The translations under genes were made by a program, and so were the position numbers. Of a stretch of 64,000 nt of DNA, positions 19,035 through 30,159 are shown piece by piece. Under the pieces are notes generated by a model. It was not told the origin of the DNA and searched no databases. It saw nothing but the letters and a program-made list of their open reading frames with translations. Position 1 is the stretch's first letter. Each line of letters starts with the position of its first letter. Source of the DNA: Candidatus Daviesbacteria bacterium (GTDB lineage: Bacteria > Patescibacteriota > Microgenomatia > Daviesbacterales > UBA10151); assembly GCA_028687915.1 (NCBI GenBank), contig JAQTZF010000001.1:216229-280228 (forward strand). The letters run 5' to 3'.

Positions 19035-21311
19035 ATGAGTTTTTTAGATAAATTAACTGCCAAACTTCCATTTAATAAACCATCCGAACAAACAGAGTAT
19101 TTCTTTGCTGTAAGTATTGGTTCCTCTGAAGTTACTTCAACAGTCTGGGGTTTATATGGTAAACAAATTGATATCTTAGGTCAAAAAACCCTGAGCTATT
19201 CTGGTACAGAAGATTTAATTGAAAAAACTCATCAAGCCTTAGATGATTCTTTAGGTGCTCTTGATTTAGAACCTGAAAAAGTTCTTTTTGGCGTGCCAGA
19301 ATCATGGAGTATGGATGATAATTTAAAAGAACCCTACCTAAAACTTTTAAGTAAGATGCTTAAAGAATATGATCTTTCCCCAATGGCTTATGTAACTACT
19401 ACCAACTCTTTATCCTTTTTACTACAAAAACAAGAAGGAGCTCCTCCTACTGCAATCCTACTAGGTTTAGGTGAGTTTGTGGAAATAACTTTGGTAAAAG
19501 GTGGAAAAATTTTGGGTACTAAATCTAGTAAACGAACAGATATTTTATTTGAAGATATTGAAAGGGTATTACAACAATTTACAGAGGTGGAGGTTTTACC
19601 TTCCAAGATATTACTTTACTCCACTAAGGCAGGACAAAATCTATCCCGATTACACGGTGACTTAATGTCTTTTCCGTGGATGGCCAAGTTATCTTTTCTT
19701 CATTTTCCTAAAATTGAAATATTGGCAGATGATATTTTATATCAGTCAGTTATTTTTGCAGGAGCATCTGAACTTTATCCTGAAATAGATTTAAAACATA
19801 ATTTCTCTCTTTATCAGCCAGTTACACCTTCTTTTGAAGAAAGATCATCTCATGTGAGAGGATTTCATGCCATGAATCAGGAAGTTGATAAAGTAGAAGA
19901 TTTAGGATTTGTTAAGGGTGATATTAGACAAAAACTAGAAGAGCAAGAGGATATAATTAGTGCTACACCACGAAAATTAAAAAAATTCCTATCTAGAGAA
20001 ATTGATAATTTGGAGGATAATTTAGGAACTGATAATTTAATTTTTCCTAATGAAGTTTCAAGGGTTAATAAATCTGTAACAGGTATATTTAATCCTATTA
20101 CAGCTAAATTATCGTCATTATTTACAAAAATGAATATTCCTAAAAACTTATCATTTAAAAATTCGATATTTGGAAAATTATTAATTGCAGCTATTATTAT
20201 TGGAGTTATTGTAGGTTTATATGTTTTTCTTTCTAAAGCTACTGTTAATATTTTGGTTGAACCAAAGCTTCTAACTAAAGAAACTCAGGTAGTTGCAGAT
20301 CCAAAAGTAAAACAGATTGATGAGGCAAATAAAATTATTCCTGGAACAATTGTAGAAACTTCCCAAACTGGCACAGACAAAGGAGTAGCTACTGGTTCAA
20401 AACAAATTGGTGATCCTGCCAAAGGAAAAGTAGTAATCCGTAATAAAACTGATGCTGCAATTAATGTGGCCAAGGGCACAACTTTAACTTCTGGCTCAGG
20501 TTTAAAATTTACTTTGGATCAAAGTGTGTCTATTGCATCTCAATCTTCTACTTTAACTCCTGATGGTCAAACCACTACCTGGGGGAAATCAGAACCTGTA
20601 GGGGTAACAGCTGTAGCTATTGGTCCAGAAAGTAACTTAACAGGAGGAACAGAGATGAATGTGGGAAATTATTCTAAAGATCAATTAATTTCCAGTGTTG
20701 ATTCAGCTTTATCTGGTGGTACATCTAAAACAGTTACTGTGGTAACTGCTGATGATCAAAAAACTTTACAGGCCAGGTTAACAGATACCTTACGCCAAAA
20801 GGCTGTTGCTGATTTACAGTCCCAATCTAAAAATGGACAAAAAGTAATCACTGATGCTTTAGCAGTAGTTGATGGAAAATATAGTTTTAGTAAACAAGCC
20901 AATGATGCTGCATCAGACTTTACCTTAAATGCTACCATTCGTTTCCGTGGTACTTCTTATCTTGATGCAGATTTACGTACAATTGTCTCAAAACTAGTGG
21001 TAACTGATATTCCATCAAATTATCAGATGAGTTTACAGGATGCTCAAACTCAGGCAGAAGTAGCAAAAATAGAAAAAGATGGAAGGTTAGTTTTTAATGC
21101 TAAATTTATTGCTAAATTATTGCCAAACTTAAGTTTGGATGAAATAAGAAATCAAATTAAAGGAAAAAGTACGGGAGACGCTGAGAATAAATTAAAAGGA
21201 ATGGAAAATGTAATAGGCTCAGAAATTATATTATCACCTGCTTTGCCTGGACCTTTAGGCAGATTACCACTCTTAGATAAAAATATTACTATCACTATTT
21301 CTCCTAAATGA
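19035..21311 (+). CDS. Membrane protein with N-terminal actin/FtsA-like region and C-terminal baseplate-J-like domain
   Basis: FFAVSIGSSEV..VLFGVPESW N-terminus, single TM, ATGSKQIGDPAKGKVVIRN..GLKFTL..VTAVAIGPESNL..LSGGTS. Confidence 0.7.
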   Translation: MSFLDKLTAKLPFNKPSEQTEYFFAVSIGSSEVTSTVWGLYGKQIDILGQKTLSYSGTEDLIEKTHQALDDSLGALDLEPEKVLFGVPESWSMDDNLKEPYLKLLSKMLKEYDLSPMAYVTTTNSLSFLLQKQEGAPPTAILLGLGEFVEITLVKGGKILGTKSSKRTDILFEDIERVLQQFTEVEVLPSKILLYSTKAGQNLSRLHGDLMSFPWMAKLSFLHFPKIEILADDILYQSVIFAGASELYPEIDLKHNFSLYQPVTPSFEERSSHVRGFHAMNQEVDKVEDLGFVKGDIRQKLEEQEDIISATPRKLKKFLSREIDNLEDNLGTDNLIFPNEVSRVNKSVTGIFNPITAKLSSLFTKMNIPKNLSFKNSIFGKLLIAAIIIGVIVGLYVFLSKATVNILVEPKLLTKETQVVADPKVKQIDEANKIIPGTIVETSQTGTDKGVATGSKQIGDPAKGKVVIRNKTDAAINVAKGTTLTSGSGLKFTLDQSVSIASQSSTLTPDGQTTTWGKSEPVGVTAVAIGPESNLTGGTEMNVGNYSKDQLISSVDSALSGGTSKTVTVVTADDQKTLQARLTDTLRQKAVADLQSQSKNGQKVITDALAVVDGKYSFSKQANDAASDFTLNATIRFRGTSYLDADLRTIVSKLVVTDIPSNYQMSLQDAQTQAEVAKIEKDGRLVFNAKFIAKLLPNLSLDEIRNQIKGKSTGDAENKLKGMENVIGSEIILSPALPGPLGRLPLLDKNITITISPK

Positions 21312-21320
21312 TATAAACTA

Positions 21321-21355
21321 ATTTAACTCGTCCACTAGCGGCGGACTCGTTAAAT
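21321..21355. repeat. GC-rich REP-like hairpin
   Basis: atttaac..gtccactagcggcggac..gttaaat. Confidence 0.5.
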
Positions 21356-21419
21356 ATTTTGAACCCAAAATTATGATTAAAAGTTGTGTAAATTAGCGCA
21401 TTTTGGGTATAATCATCAG

Positions 21420-21800
21420 ATGAGATATTTAGGTGTTGATTGGGGTCTTAAAAAAATTGGTATTGCTGTTTCAGAAGGAGAGTTAGCTACTCCTTTAAAA
21501 ACTCTGAATGTTAAAAGTTTAGATGATGCTATAGCTCAAGTGGTGGAATGTGTGGAGGATGAGATTGCTGATTTGATTATTTTAGGTCAGCCTGAAGGAG
21601 AAATGGGGGAGATTGTTAAAAAAGTGGCTAAGAGGCTTAAAGGCGAAGGCTTTGATGTAAAATTGACTGATGAGACATTATCTACCCAAGATGCAAAGAG
21701 TCTTTTGATTGAAATGGGATTAGGAAAAAAAGACCGCAAAGAGGATAATGCTACCGCTGCTGCCATAATCTTACAAAGATATCTGGATGAGAAACATTAA
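21420..21800 (+). CDS. yqgF: YqgF/RuvX pre-16S rRNA nuclease / Holliday-junction-resolvase-like protein
   Basis: MRYLGVDWGLKKIGIAVS, ILGQP, DETLSTQDA, DNATAAAIILQRYL. Confidence 0.93.
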   Translation: MRYLGVDWGLKKIGIAVSEGELATPLKTLNVKSLDDAIAQVVECVEDEIADLIILGQPEGEMGEIVKKVAKRLKGEGFDVKLTDETLSTQDAKSLLIEMGLGKKDRKEDNATAAAIILQRYLDEKH

Positions 21801-22563
21801 TTTTCGATTCATTGCTTTAGTTGTTTTTCTATTTTGTGTTTTTTTAACATTTAAAGGCTATAAAGCATATAAAGCTTCTTTAATAACTCCAACTCCTACA
21901 CCAACTGTTGAAACTCAAAAGAAAGTTACCTTGCTTGAGGGTTGGAGAGTAGAAGAGATGGCTGAGAAATTAAATAAAGAATTGGGTATTAAGAATGAAG
22001 ATTTCTTGAAAATTGCCAAAGAAGGTTATATGTTTCCTGATACATATTTTTTTGATCAGGATGCATCTGCTTCTGCTGTTGCCAGTAAACTGAGAGCTAC
22101 TTTTGATTTAAAGTACGACGCTGATTTACAAACAAAAATAAAGAATGCAGGACTTACTCCCAGCGAAGGTGTTATTCTAGCTTCAATTGTAGAAAGAGAA
22201 GCAAGGTCTAGTGAAGCAAGAAGAATGGTTGCATCAATTTTACTTAAAAGATTAAGAATAGATATGGGCTTAAATGTGGATGCCAGTATTCAATATGCCT
22301 TAGGTTATCAAACACAGGAAAAATCATGGTGGAAAAGACATTTAACTAAGAATGATTTAAAAGTTAACTCACCATATAACAGTTATATTCATGCAGGTTT
22401 ACCCCCAACTCCAATCTGTAATCCATCATTATCATCTCTTGAAGCAGTGGCAAATGCCGATTTAAAAACTCCTTATCTTTACTACTCCCATGATCTAGAA
22501 GGAGTTCCACATTATGCCAAAACTCTGGAAGAGCATAATCAAAACGTAGCTAATTACTTATAA
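21787..22563 (+). CDS. mltG: Endolytic transglycosylase MltG
   Basis: TLLEGWRVEE, EGYMFPDTY, LASIVERE, SPYNSY..GLPPTPICNP. Confidence 0.95.
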   Translation: MRNINFRFIALVVFLFCVFLTFKGYKAYKASLITPTPTPTVETQKKVTLLEGWRVEEMAEKLNKELGIKNEDFLKIAKEGYMFPDTYFFDQDASASAVASKLRATFDLKYDADLQTKIKNAGLTPSEGVILASIVEREARSSEARRMVASILLKRLRIDMGLNVDASIQYALGYQTQEKSWWKRHLTKNDLKVNSPYNSYIHAGLPPTPICNPSLSSLEAVANADLKTPYLYYSHDLEGVPHYAKTLEEHNQNVANYL

Positions 22564-22564
22564 G

Positions 22565-22762
22565 TTATTTTTTAATTATTCTAGGATAAAGATAAATTAA
22601 AACCCCAACTGCAATTAAACCAATTCCCCATTTAATAGGGTGAAGCCCAAATAATAGATTGGCAAGTAATGCTCCTATACCTATACCAACAATTAAATTT
22701 GCTATACAACAAGTGGAAGTTTTATCGCAACACATAATATTTTTTGTAGCTTTTTTAGCCAT
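22565..22762 (-). CDS. Small membrane protein (2 TM)
   Basis: 65-aa ORF with two hydrophobic helices and Cys-rich N-terminus. Confidence 0.6.
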   Translation of the reverse strand: MAKKATKNIMCCDKTSTCCIANLIVGIGIGALLANLLFGLHPIKWGIGLIAVGVLIYLYPRIIKK

Positions 22763-22782
22763 ATATTTTCACCCCCTCGATT

Positions 22783-22810
22783 TAAGTATTAAGTATTATG
22801 TACTAAGTAT
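22783..22810. repeat. Heptamer tandem repeat (taagtat x4, imperfect)
   Basis: taagtat taagtat tatgtac taagtat. Confidence 0.55.
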
Positions 22811-22842
22811 CAAGGGTCAAAAATGTACACTAAACCTCACTG

Positions 22843-22872
22843 TTGACAGAGAGGAGAGTTTGTGGTTAAATT
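22843..22872 (+). promoter_or_regulatory. rpoBC promoter
   Basis: TTGACA-18 nt-TAAATT. Confidence 0.55.
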
Positions 22873-22895
22873 ACCCTCAGCCAAAGAGTTTTTAA

Positions 22896-22925
22896 GAGGC
22901 ATACTTGCTATGTATGCTTCTTTTT
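22896..22925 (+). terminator. Terminator-like hairpin inside rpoB leader (candidate attenuator)
   Basis: gaggcatac-ttgctat-gtatgcttc followed by T run. Confidence 0.6.
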
Positions 22926-22975
22926 CGTTGTAGTCCCATTAAAGGAACTATAGGTCTTAAGGAAACCATCTACTG

Positions 22976-25900
22976 ATGCCAAAACAAGTTGATAAACAAG
23001 TAAATAAAAGCTCCCGTACATACTGGGGCAGCCGAAAGAATTTCAACCAACAGTTTGATTTAACGTACCTCCAAAAAGAATCCTATGCTTGGTTTATGGA
23101 ACAAGGTATTGGTGAGATCTTACATTCAGTTAATCCAGTCCTCGATTTTACCGGTAAAAATTGGAAACTTACCTTTGAAGAATATACTTTAGGTAAACCA
23201 CGATACACCCCTGATGAAGCAAATCTGAAGGGGGTTTCTTTTGATGCACCTCTTCGTGTTAAAGTAACCTTGATTAATTTACAAACTAACGAAGAATACA
23301 AACAAGAGGTTTTCTTGGGAGATATTCCTCAAATGACAGATAAAGGAACCTTTATTGTCAATGGAATAGAAAGAGCAGTTGTTAACCAAATCGTCCGTTC
23401 ACCGGGCGTTTTCTTTTCTTCTTCACAAGATCCAATTACCGGAAAGATTTTATATTCAGCAGAACTTAGACCAGCTCACGGATCCTGGTTAGAATTTTCA
23501 ATCTCCAGATCAGATGTTTTGACAGTAAAAATAGACAGACGTAGAAAATTTGCAGCTTCTACTTTCCTTAGAGCAATTGGTTATTCTGAAGATGATCAAA
23601 TCAGAGAACTTTTTGCTGATATTGAGTTACCAGAAGATCGTAATTTTATTGCCTCAACTTTAGGAAAAGATACTACAACAAATACAGATGAAGCCTTGCT
23701 TGAAATCTATCGAAAAATGCGTCCTGGTGATCCAGTTGTTTTGGATAATGCTAAAGCATTACTTTCTGGAATGTTCTTTAACAGCAGACGTTATGATTTA
23801 ACCAGAGTTGGTCGATTTAAGATCAATAAAAAGTTAAAACTTGATATTCCAAACACTCCGGAAAATTGGATTTTGAAGAATGAAGATATTATTGCTACTA
23901 TTCGTTATTTAATTAATTTACAAATGGGACAGGGTAAAGTTGATGATATTGATCATTTGGCTAACCGACGTGTCAGACGTGTGGGAGAGCTTGTTGCTCA
24001 GAATGCTTTTTGGGTAGGACTTTTACGACTTGAGCGAGTGATTAAAGAAAGAATGAGTTTGCTTTCTGCTGAAATGGAAATTAATCCAGGATCTTTGGTT
24101 AATGCCAGACCTATTATTGCAGCAGTAAATGAATTTTTCCGTTCTTCCCAACTTTCTCAGATTTTAGACCAAACTAATCCTTTATCTGAAGTTGATCATT
24201 TAAGAAGATTAACTGTTACAGGACAAGGTGGTATAACCCGCGAAAGAGCTTCTTTCTCTATTCGTGATATTAACCATTCCCAATACGGAAGAATTGATCC
24301 GATCAGATCTCCGGAAGGACCTAATATTGGTTTAGTTACATATTTAGCCCTTTATTCAAGAATTAATGAATATGGATTTTTAGAAACTCCTTATAAAAAA
24401 GTAGTCTTAGAAAAAGGCAAACCCAGAGTTACAGATGAAGTGGTTTACTTGTCAGCTGAAGATGAAGAGGAATTCTATATTACTGAAGCAACTGCTAAAT
24501 TAGATGAACAAGGATTTATTACTTCAGAACGTGTGCCAGTTAGACATAACGGTAGCTTTTTTGAAACTGAAGCTAATGTAATTAATTATATTGATGTTTC
24601 ACCTCAACAAATTGTGGGTATTTCTGCGTCCCTTATTCCGTTCTTAGCTCATGATGATGCTAACCGAGCCTTGATGGGTTCACACATGCAGAATCAGGCA
24701 GTCCCATTATTACTTCCAACAGCTCCTGTTGTAGGAACTGGTATGGAGGTTGTAGTTGCAGATAATATGTCCCGGGTACAAAGAGCCCCATATGATGGAA
24801 CTATTACTTATGTTGATGGAGAAAAATTAACCATCACAGGTAAGCATGAATCTAACACTTATTTAATTAAAAAGTTTGTTAATACACCAGAAAATACCTG
24901 TTATTCACAAAGACCTGCAGTTTCAATCGGTCAAAAAGTACAAGAAGGTGACTTATTATTAGAAGGAACAGCAACTGATGGTGGAGAATTATCATTGGGA
25001 AGAAACCTATTAATTGCCTACATGAACTATGAAGGTTTAGGTTATGAGGATGCTATTGTTATTTCTGAAAAATTGGTTAAACAAGATGCACTTTCTTCAA
25101 TTTATATTGAAGAATATATTACAGATGTTGTAGAAACAAAGCTTGGGCCAGATGAATTAACACGAGATATTCCAAATGTTGCTGAAGAAAATTTAGCTAA
25201 TCTTGATGAAACCGGTATTGTTCAAATTGGAGCTAAAGTTGGACCAAATGATATTTTAGTAGGAAAAGTACAGCCAAAAGGTGAAACAGAATTAACTGCA
25301 GAAGAAAGATTATTACGAGCAATCTTTGGAGAAAAAGCTAAAGAAGTTCGAGATACTTCACTTCGAATGCCTCATGGTGAACGTGGAACTGTTATTGGAG
25401 TTCAGATTTTATCCCGAGAAAACGGTGATGAACTAGACGCTGGAACTCTGCAAAAGATTAAAGTAAAAATTGCTCAACTCCGAAAAGTTACTGTTGGAGA
25501 TAAGTTAGCTGGTCGTCACGGAAATAAAGGTGTTATTTCCAGAATAGTTCCAGAAGTTGACATGCCTCATCTTCCTGATGGTACCCCAGTTGATATTATT
25601 ATTTCTCCAGTGACCATCCTTTCCCGTATGAACTTGGGACAATTATTGGAAGCTCACCTAGGTTTAGCTGCTACCAGATTAGGTATAAAAGTAGCTGCTC
25701 CAGTTTTTGAAAAGATTCCAGAATCAATTATTTTAGACATGCTTGAAAAAGCAGGCATTCCTGAAACAGGTAAAATGAAGCTAATTGATGGTCGAACCGG
25801 TGAATACTTTGATCAGGATGTAGTGGTTGGAATGGCATATTTCCTTAAACTTATTCACATGGTTGAAGATAAACAACATGCTCGTTCAACTGGTCCATAT

Positions 25901-26455
25901 TCTATGGTTACACAACAACCTTTGGGTGGTAAAGCTCAAATGGGAGGACAAAGACTTGGAGAAATGGAAGTTTGGGCACTTGAAGCTTATGGTGCAGCAC
26001 ATATTTTACAGGAAATGTTAACTATTAAATCTGATGATGTAGTAGGCAGAACCAGAGCTTACCAAGCAATTATTCAGGGAGAAGATATTCCACAAGCTTT
26101 GATTCCTGAATCATTTAAAGTGCTTGTTAAAGAATTACAGTCATTGGGTATTAATGTAGAAACAGTTAATCCAAAATTAGGTGTATTAGAGTTGGATGTA
26201 GAAGTTAAACCAGAAGAAGCAGTCAGAACAGCTGAAATGCAGGAAGCAATGGGTGCAGAACCTTTGGGTGAATTATCAGAATTACTTACAGAAGATTCTC
26301 CTATGGAAGTAATCGATGCGGTTGACTTAAAAGAAGAAGTAGGCGAAAATGTACCATCAGGATCAGAAATGTTGGCTGAACTCGTTGCGCCTACAGAAGA
26401 AGAACCTGAAGAAGCAGAATTGAAAGAAGTAGAGGAAGAGGAGGAAAAAGAATAA
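22976..26455 (+). CDS. rpoB: RNA polymerase beta subunit
   Basis: GTFIVNGIERAVVNQ, SPEGPNIGL, GDKLAGRHGNKG, GGQRLGEMEVWALEAYGA. Confidence 0.99.
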   Translation: MPKQVDKQVNKSSRTYWGSRKNFNQQFDLTYLQKESYAWFMEQGIGEILHSVNPVLDFTGKNWKLTFEEYTLGKPRYTPDEANLKGVSFDAPLRVKVTLINLQTNEEYKQEVFLGDIPQMTDKGTFIVNGIERAVVNQIVRSPGVFFSSSQDPITGKILYSAELRPAHGSWLEFSISRSDVLTVKIDRRRKFAASTFLRAIGYSEDDQIRELFADIELPEDRNFIASTLGKDTTTNTDEALLEIYRKMRPGDPVVLDNAKALLSGMFFNSRRYDLTRVGRFKINKKLKLDIPNTPENWILKNEDIIATIRYLINLQMGQGKVDDIDHLANRRVRRVGELVAQNAFWVGLLRLERVIKERMSLLSAEMEINPGSLVNARPIIAAVNEFFRSSQLSQILDQTNPLSEVDHLRRLTVTGQGGITRERASFSIRDINHSQYGRIDPIRSPEGPNIGLVTYLALYSRINEYGFLETPYKKVVLEKGKPRVTDEVVYLSAEDEEEFYITEATAKLDEQGFITSERVPVRHNGSFFETEANVINYIDVSPQQIVGISASLIPFLAHDDANRALMGSHMQNQAVPLLLPTAPVVGTGMEVVVADNMSRVQRAPYDGTITYVDGEKLTITGKHESNTYLIKKFVNTPENTCYSQRPAVSIGQKVQEGDLLLEGTATDGGELSLGRNLLIAYMNYEGLGYEDAIVISEKLVKQDALSSIYIEEYITDVVETKLGPDELTRDIPNVAEENLANLDETGIVQIGAKVGPNDILVGKVQPKGETELTAEERLLRAIFGEKAKEVRDTSLRMPHGERGTVIGVQILSRENGDELDAGTLQKIKVKIAQLRKVTVGDKLAGRHGNKGVISRIVPEVDMPHLPDGTPVDIIISPVTILSRMNLGQLLEAHLGLAATRLGIKVAAPVFEKIPESIILDMLEKAGIPETGKMKLIDGRTGEYFDQDVVVGMAYFLKLIHMVEDKQHARSTGPYSMVTQQPLGGKAQMGGQRLGEMEVWALEAYGAAHILQEMLTIKSDDVVGRTRAYQAIIQGEDIPQALIPESFKVLVKELQSLGINVETVNPKLGVLELDVEVKPEEAVRTAEMQEAMGAEPLGELSELLTEDSPMEVIDAVDLKEEVGENVPSGSEMLAELVAPTEEEPEEAELKEVEEEEEKE

Positions 26456-26456
26456 T

Positions 26457-29400
26457 ATGAACAACGACTTGTTAGATTTTGAAAGTTTAAAAGTAACTAT
26501 TGCCAGCCCGGAACAAATTAAGGCATGGTCTTTTGGGGAAGTCACAAAACCAGAAACTATCAATTACAGAACACTTAAACCTGAAAAAGATGGTTTATTT
26601 GCTGAAAATATCTTTGGTCCAACCAAAGATTATGAATGTTATTGTGGAAAATACAAAAGAATCAGATACAGAGGTGTTATTTGTGATAAATGTGGTGTTG
26701 AAGTTACTCAAAGCAAAGTTAGACGTGAAAGAATGGGTCATATTACCCTCGCTGCAGCTGTTGCTCATAATTGGTTTGTTAAAGGTGCTCCTTCTAAATT
26801 ATCTTTGGTATTAGATCTTTCCTTAAAAAGCTTGGAAGCAGTTATCTATTTTGCTTCATATTTAGTTACAGATATTGATGTTCCTCTTAAAGAGAAATCA
26901 ATGGAAAAATTAGAAAAAGATTTGGAAGCCAAAAAAGCAGAAGCTCAGGATATCTTTGATAAAGCAGTGGTAAATTTGGAATTTGAACTCAAAAAACAAG
27001 TATCTGAACTCAAAAAAGGTAAGGGAGAAGGCACAGAACTCGTAGCAGAAGACATGGGTCTAAAAACAAAACAAGAAATTCAAAAAATGCGTGATAATTT
27101 AGCAGTTGGTTTTGGACAACTGGAGCAAATCTATAAAGCAGTATCAGATTTAGTTAAAAGCATTAATTTCATGAGAGTAATGTCTGAAGATGAATATCTA
27201 AAACTTGATGAATATGGTGTATCTGATTTCCTTACCGTTGGTATGGGAGCAGAAGGATTACTTGAAGTATTAAAGAAAATTGATATGGATAAGTTATCCG
27301 CAGACTTAAAAGAAGAAGTTCGAAAAACTACTGGTCAAAGACATATTAAAGCTACAAAAAGACTTCGTGTTGTTGAAGGCATGAGAGCTGCTGATGTTGC
27401 TCCAGAATATATGGTTATGAGAATATTACCAGTTATTCCACCAGATCTTCGACCTATGGTTCAACTTCCTGGAGGAAGATTTGCTACTTCTGATTTGAAT
27501 GATTTATACAGAAGAGTTATCAACCGAAATAATCGTTTGAAAAGATTAATTGATCTAGGTGCTCCAGAAATTATTTTAAGAAACGAAAAAAGAATGTTAC
27601 AAGAAGCAGTTGATGCTCTTATTGATTCTAACTTAAAGACAACCAGACGTGGAGCAGGAACAGGCCACGTACTCAGATCATTATCTGACATGCTTCGTGG
27701 AAAACAAGGAAGATTTAGACAAAACCTCTTAGGAAAAAGAGTTGATTATTCCGGACGTTCAGTTATTGTTGTTGGTCCACATTTGAAATTAAACCAAGTT
27801 GGTTTACCAAGAGAAATGGCTTTGGAAATGTTCAAACCATTTGTTCTTCGAGAAGTAATTGGTCGTGGACTAGCTGCAAATATTAAAGGAGCTAAAAATA
27901 TTTTGGAACTTCGAACAGCTGAAGTTTGGGATATTTTAGAGGGTGTAGTACAAGGTCACCCAGTTTTGATTAACCGTGCTCCAACTTTACACAGACTTGG
28001 TATTCAGGCTTTTTATCCAGTTCTAATTGATGGTAGTGCTATTCAAATCCATCCTTGTGTTTGTGCTGGATTTAATGCTGATTTTGATGGTGACCAAATG
28101 GCTATTCACGTCCCATTAAGCAAGAGAGCAAGAGATGAAGCAGAAAACTTAATGTTAGCCAGAGAAAATATTTTGAGACCAGCTTCTGGCACTCCTGTAA
28201 CAGCACCAAACCGGGAGATGGGTCTTGGATCTTATTATGCAACTACTGTTGATGACAAGATTGAACCAATTACAGATCGAGTTTTTTCTCCAAATGAAGC
28301 TATTTTAGCTTTTCAAGTTGGAAAAGTAGGACTTCGACAACAGATTTTAGTTCGTTTTGAAGATGGTACTCAACTTGAAACAAGTGTTGGAAGAGTAATG
28401 TTTAATGAATTATTACCTCTAAACCAAAGATTTATTAACAGCGCTGTAGGAGTAAAAGATTTGCAAGATATTACTATGAAAGCTTTTAGTGTCAAAGAAA
28501 CTAGTGAAGAAGTAGCAGTCTTAATTGATAATTTGAAAGATTTTGGTTTCTGGGGTTCAGGTTTATCTGGATTATCTTTAGGAGTGTTTGATAATACTAT
28601 TATTCCAGAAAAAGATAAAATGATTGCAGATGGAGATAAAGAAGTTTCTGAAGTTGATGGAAATTTCAAAAAAGGTTTGATCACTAATGATGAAAAGAGA
28701 GTCTTAACTGAAGAAATTTGGACCAGAATTGGTGATGATATTGCAAAAAAGACACTTGGATCACTTACTCCAGATAATCCTGTAAGTATTATTATGAAAT
28801 CCGGTGGAGCCAGAGCTACACCAGAACAAATCAAACAACTTTCTGGTATGAGAGGTTTTTCCGTCGATCCAACCGGTAAAATTGTTGAACTTCCAACTAA
28901 ATCTAACTATCGCCAAGGTTTGGCTGTGTTTGAATACTTCACATCTTCCCGAGGTGCTAGAAAAGGTGTGGCTGACCGTGCTATCAAGACAGCTGATGCA
29001 GGTTACTTAACCAGAAGATTAGTTGATGTTGCTCATGATGTCATTATCCGAACAGAAGATTGTGGTGATGAACACGGTTTGGTACTTCCGGTATCCAGTG
29101 AAGGATTTTCAGTTGGTGTATCACGATTCTTAGGCAGGCATGTTGCTACTAAGATAGTTGATCCAAAAACTAAAAAAGTTATTGCTGAGGCTGGTGAATA
29201 CTTGGATGAGGATAAAATTAAACAAATTGTTGATGCAAATGTTGCTGAAATTAATGTTTACTCTCCTCTTTCCTGTAAAGCTAAATATGGAGTTTGTGGA
29301 AAATGTTATGGTTGGGACTTCACAACTCGCAAGCCAGTGGCAATTGGTGTACCAGTCGGTGTTGTAGCTGCACAAAGTATTGGAGAACCAGGAACTCAGC

Positions 29401-30155
29401 TTACCATGAGAACATTCCACAGTGGAGGTGTTGCAACAGGTGTTGATATTACCATGGGTCTTCCTCGTGTGGAAGAATTATTTGAGGCAAGAACACCAAA
29501 GAATATTGCACCATTATCTGAAATTGCCGGAAAAGTAACTATCACAGAAACAGACATGGGTATAAAGGTAAGAATCAGAACCAGTGCCAAGCCTGTAGAA
29601 GAAAGAGAATACTTAATTCCAGCTTCAGCAAACTTGTTAGTAGAAGATAACCAATTAATTTCTGCAGGTACACAACTAGCATCTGGTCACTGTGATATTA
29701 AAGAAATTGTCAGAGTAAAAGGTCTAAAAGAAGCTCAAAGATATATTGTTGATGCTGTAAGACAAGTATATTCATCTCAGGGTGTACCTATTAATGAAAA
29801 ACATTTTGAAGTTATTGTTCGAAAAATGTCTGACAAAGTCAGAGTTGAAAGCCAGGGAGATACAGCATTATTACCAGGTGAAGTTATTGACCGACTTAAA
29901 TTTGAAGAGGAAAACCAAAGAGTACTTGCAGAAGGTGGAGATCCATCAACAGCTTCTATCGTAATCTTGGGTATTACCAGAGCATCATTATTAACAGAAA
30001 GCTTCTTATCAGCTGCTTCCTTCCAGGAAACAACTACAGTATTAGCTGATGCAGCTGCACAAGGAAAGAAAGATCGCTTGTTTGGCCTCAAGGAAAACGT
30101 TATAATAGGGCGGTTAATCCCAACCAACCCTGAACGGGCTAGAGTGGAAAGATAA
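26457..30155 (+). CDS. rpoC: RNA polymerase beta' subunit
   Basis: Zn finger [38 protein letters not shown]. Confidence 0.99.
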   Translation: MNNDLLDFESLKVTIASPEQIKAWSFGEVTKPETINYRTLKPEKDGLFAENIFGPTKDYECYCGKYKRIRYRGVICDKCGVEVTQSKVRRERMGHITLAAAVAHNWFVKGAPSKLSLVLDLSLKSLEAVIYFASYLVTDIDVPLKEKSMEKLEKDLEAKKAEAQDIFDKAVVNLEFELKKQVSELKKGKGEGTELVAEDMGLKTKQEIQKMRDNLAVGFGQLEQIYKAVSDLVKSINFMRVMSEDEYLKLDEYGVSDFLTVGMGAEGLLEVLKKIDMDKLSADLKEEVRKTTGQRHIKATKRLRVVEGMRAADVAPEYMVMRILPVIPPDLRPMVQLPGGRFATSDLNDLYRRVINRNNRLKRLIDLGAPEIILRNEKRMLQEAVDALIDSNLKTTRRGAGTGHVLRSLSDMLRGKQGRFRQNLLGKRVDYSGRSVIVVGPHLKLNQVGLPREMALEMFKPFVLREVIGRGLAANIKGAKNILELRTAEVWDILEGVVQGHPVLINRAPTLHRLGIQAFYPVLIDGSAIQIHPCVCAGFNADFDGDQMAIHVPLSKRARDEAENLMLARENILRPASGTPVTAPNREMGLGSYYATTVDDKIEPITDRVFSPNEAILAFQVGKVGLRQQILVRFEDGTQLETSVGRVMFNELLPLNQRFINSAVGVKDLQDITMKAFSVKETSEEVAVLIDNLKDFGFWGSGLSGLSLGVFDNTIIPEKDKMIADGDKEVSEVDGNFKKGLITNDEKRVLTEEIWTRIGDDIAKKTLGSLTPDNPVSIIMKSGGARATPEQIKQLSGMRGFSVDPTGKIVELPTKSNYRQGLAVFEYFTSSRGARKGVADRAIKTADAGYLTRRLVDVAHDVIIRTEDCGDEHGLVLPVSSEGFSVGVSRFLGRHVATKIVDPKTKKVIAEAGEYLDEDKIKQIVDANVAEINVYSPLSCKAKYGVCGKCYGWDFTTRKPVAIGVPVGVVAAQSIGEPGTQLTMRTFHSGGVATGVDITMGLPRVEELFEARTPKNIAPLSEIAGKVTITETDMGIKVRIRTSAKPVEEREYLIPASANLLVEDNQLISAGTQLASGHCDIKEIVRVKGLKEAQRYIVDAVRQVYSSQGVPINEKHFEVIVRKMSDKVRVESQGDTALLPGEVIDRLKFEEENQRVLAEGGDPSTASIVILGITRASLLTESFLSAASFQETTTVLADAAAQGKKDRLFGLKENVIIGRLIPTNPERARVER

Positions 30156-30159
30156 AAGT

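Noticed and set aside
19035-21311. Prophage or contractile injection system
   Set aside because: Only a single baseplate-like domain fused to a TM protein; no sheath, tube, spike or capsid genes
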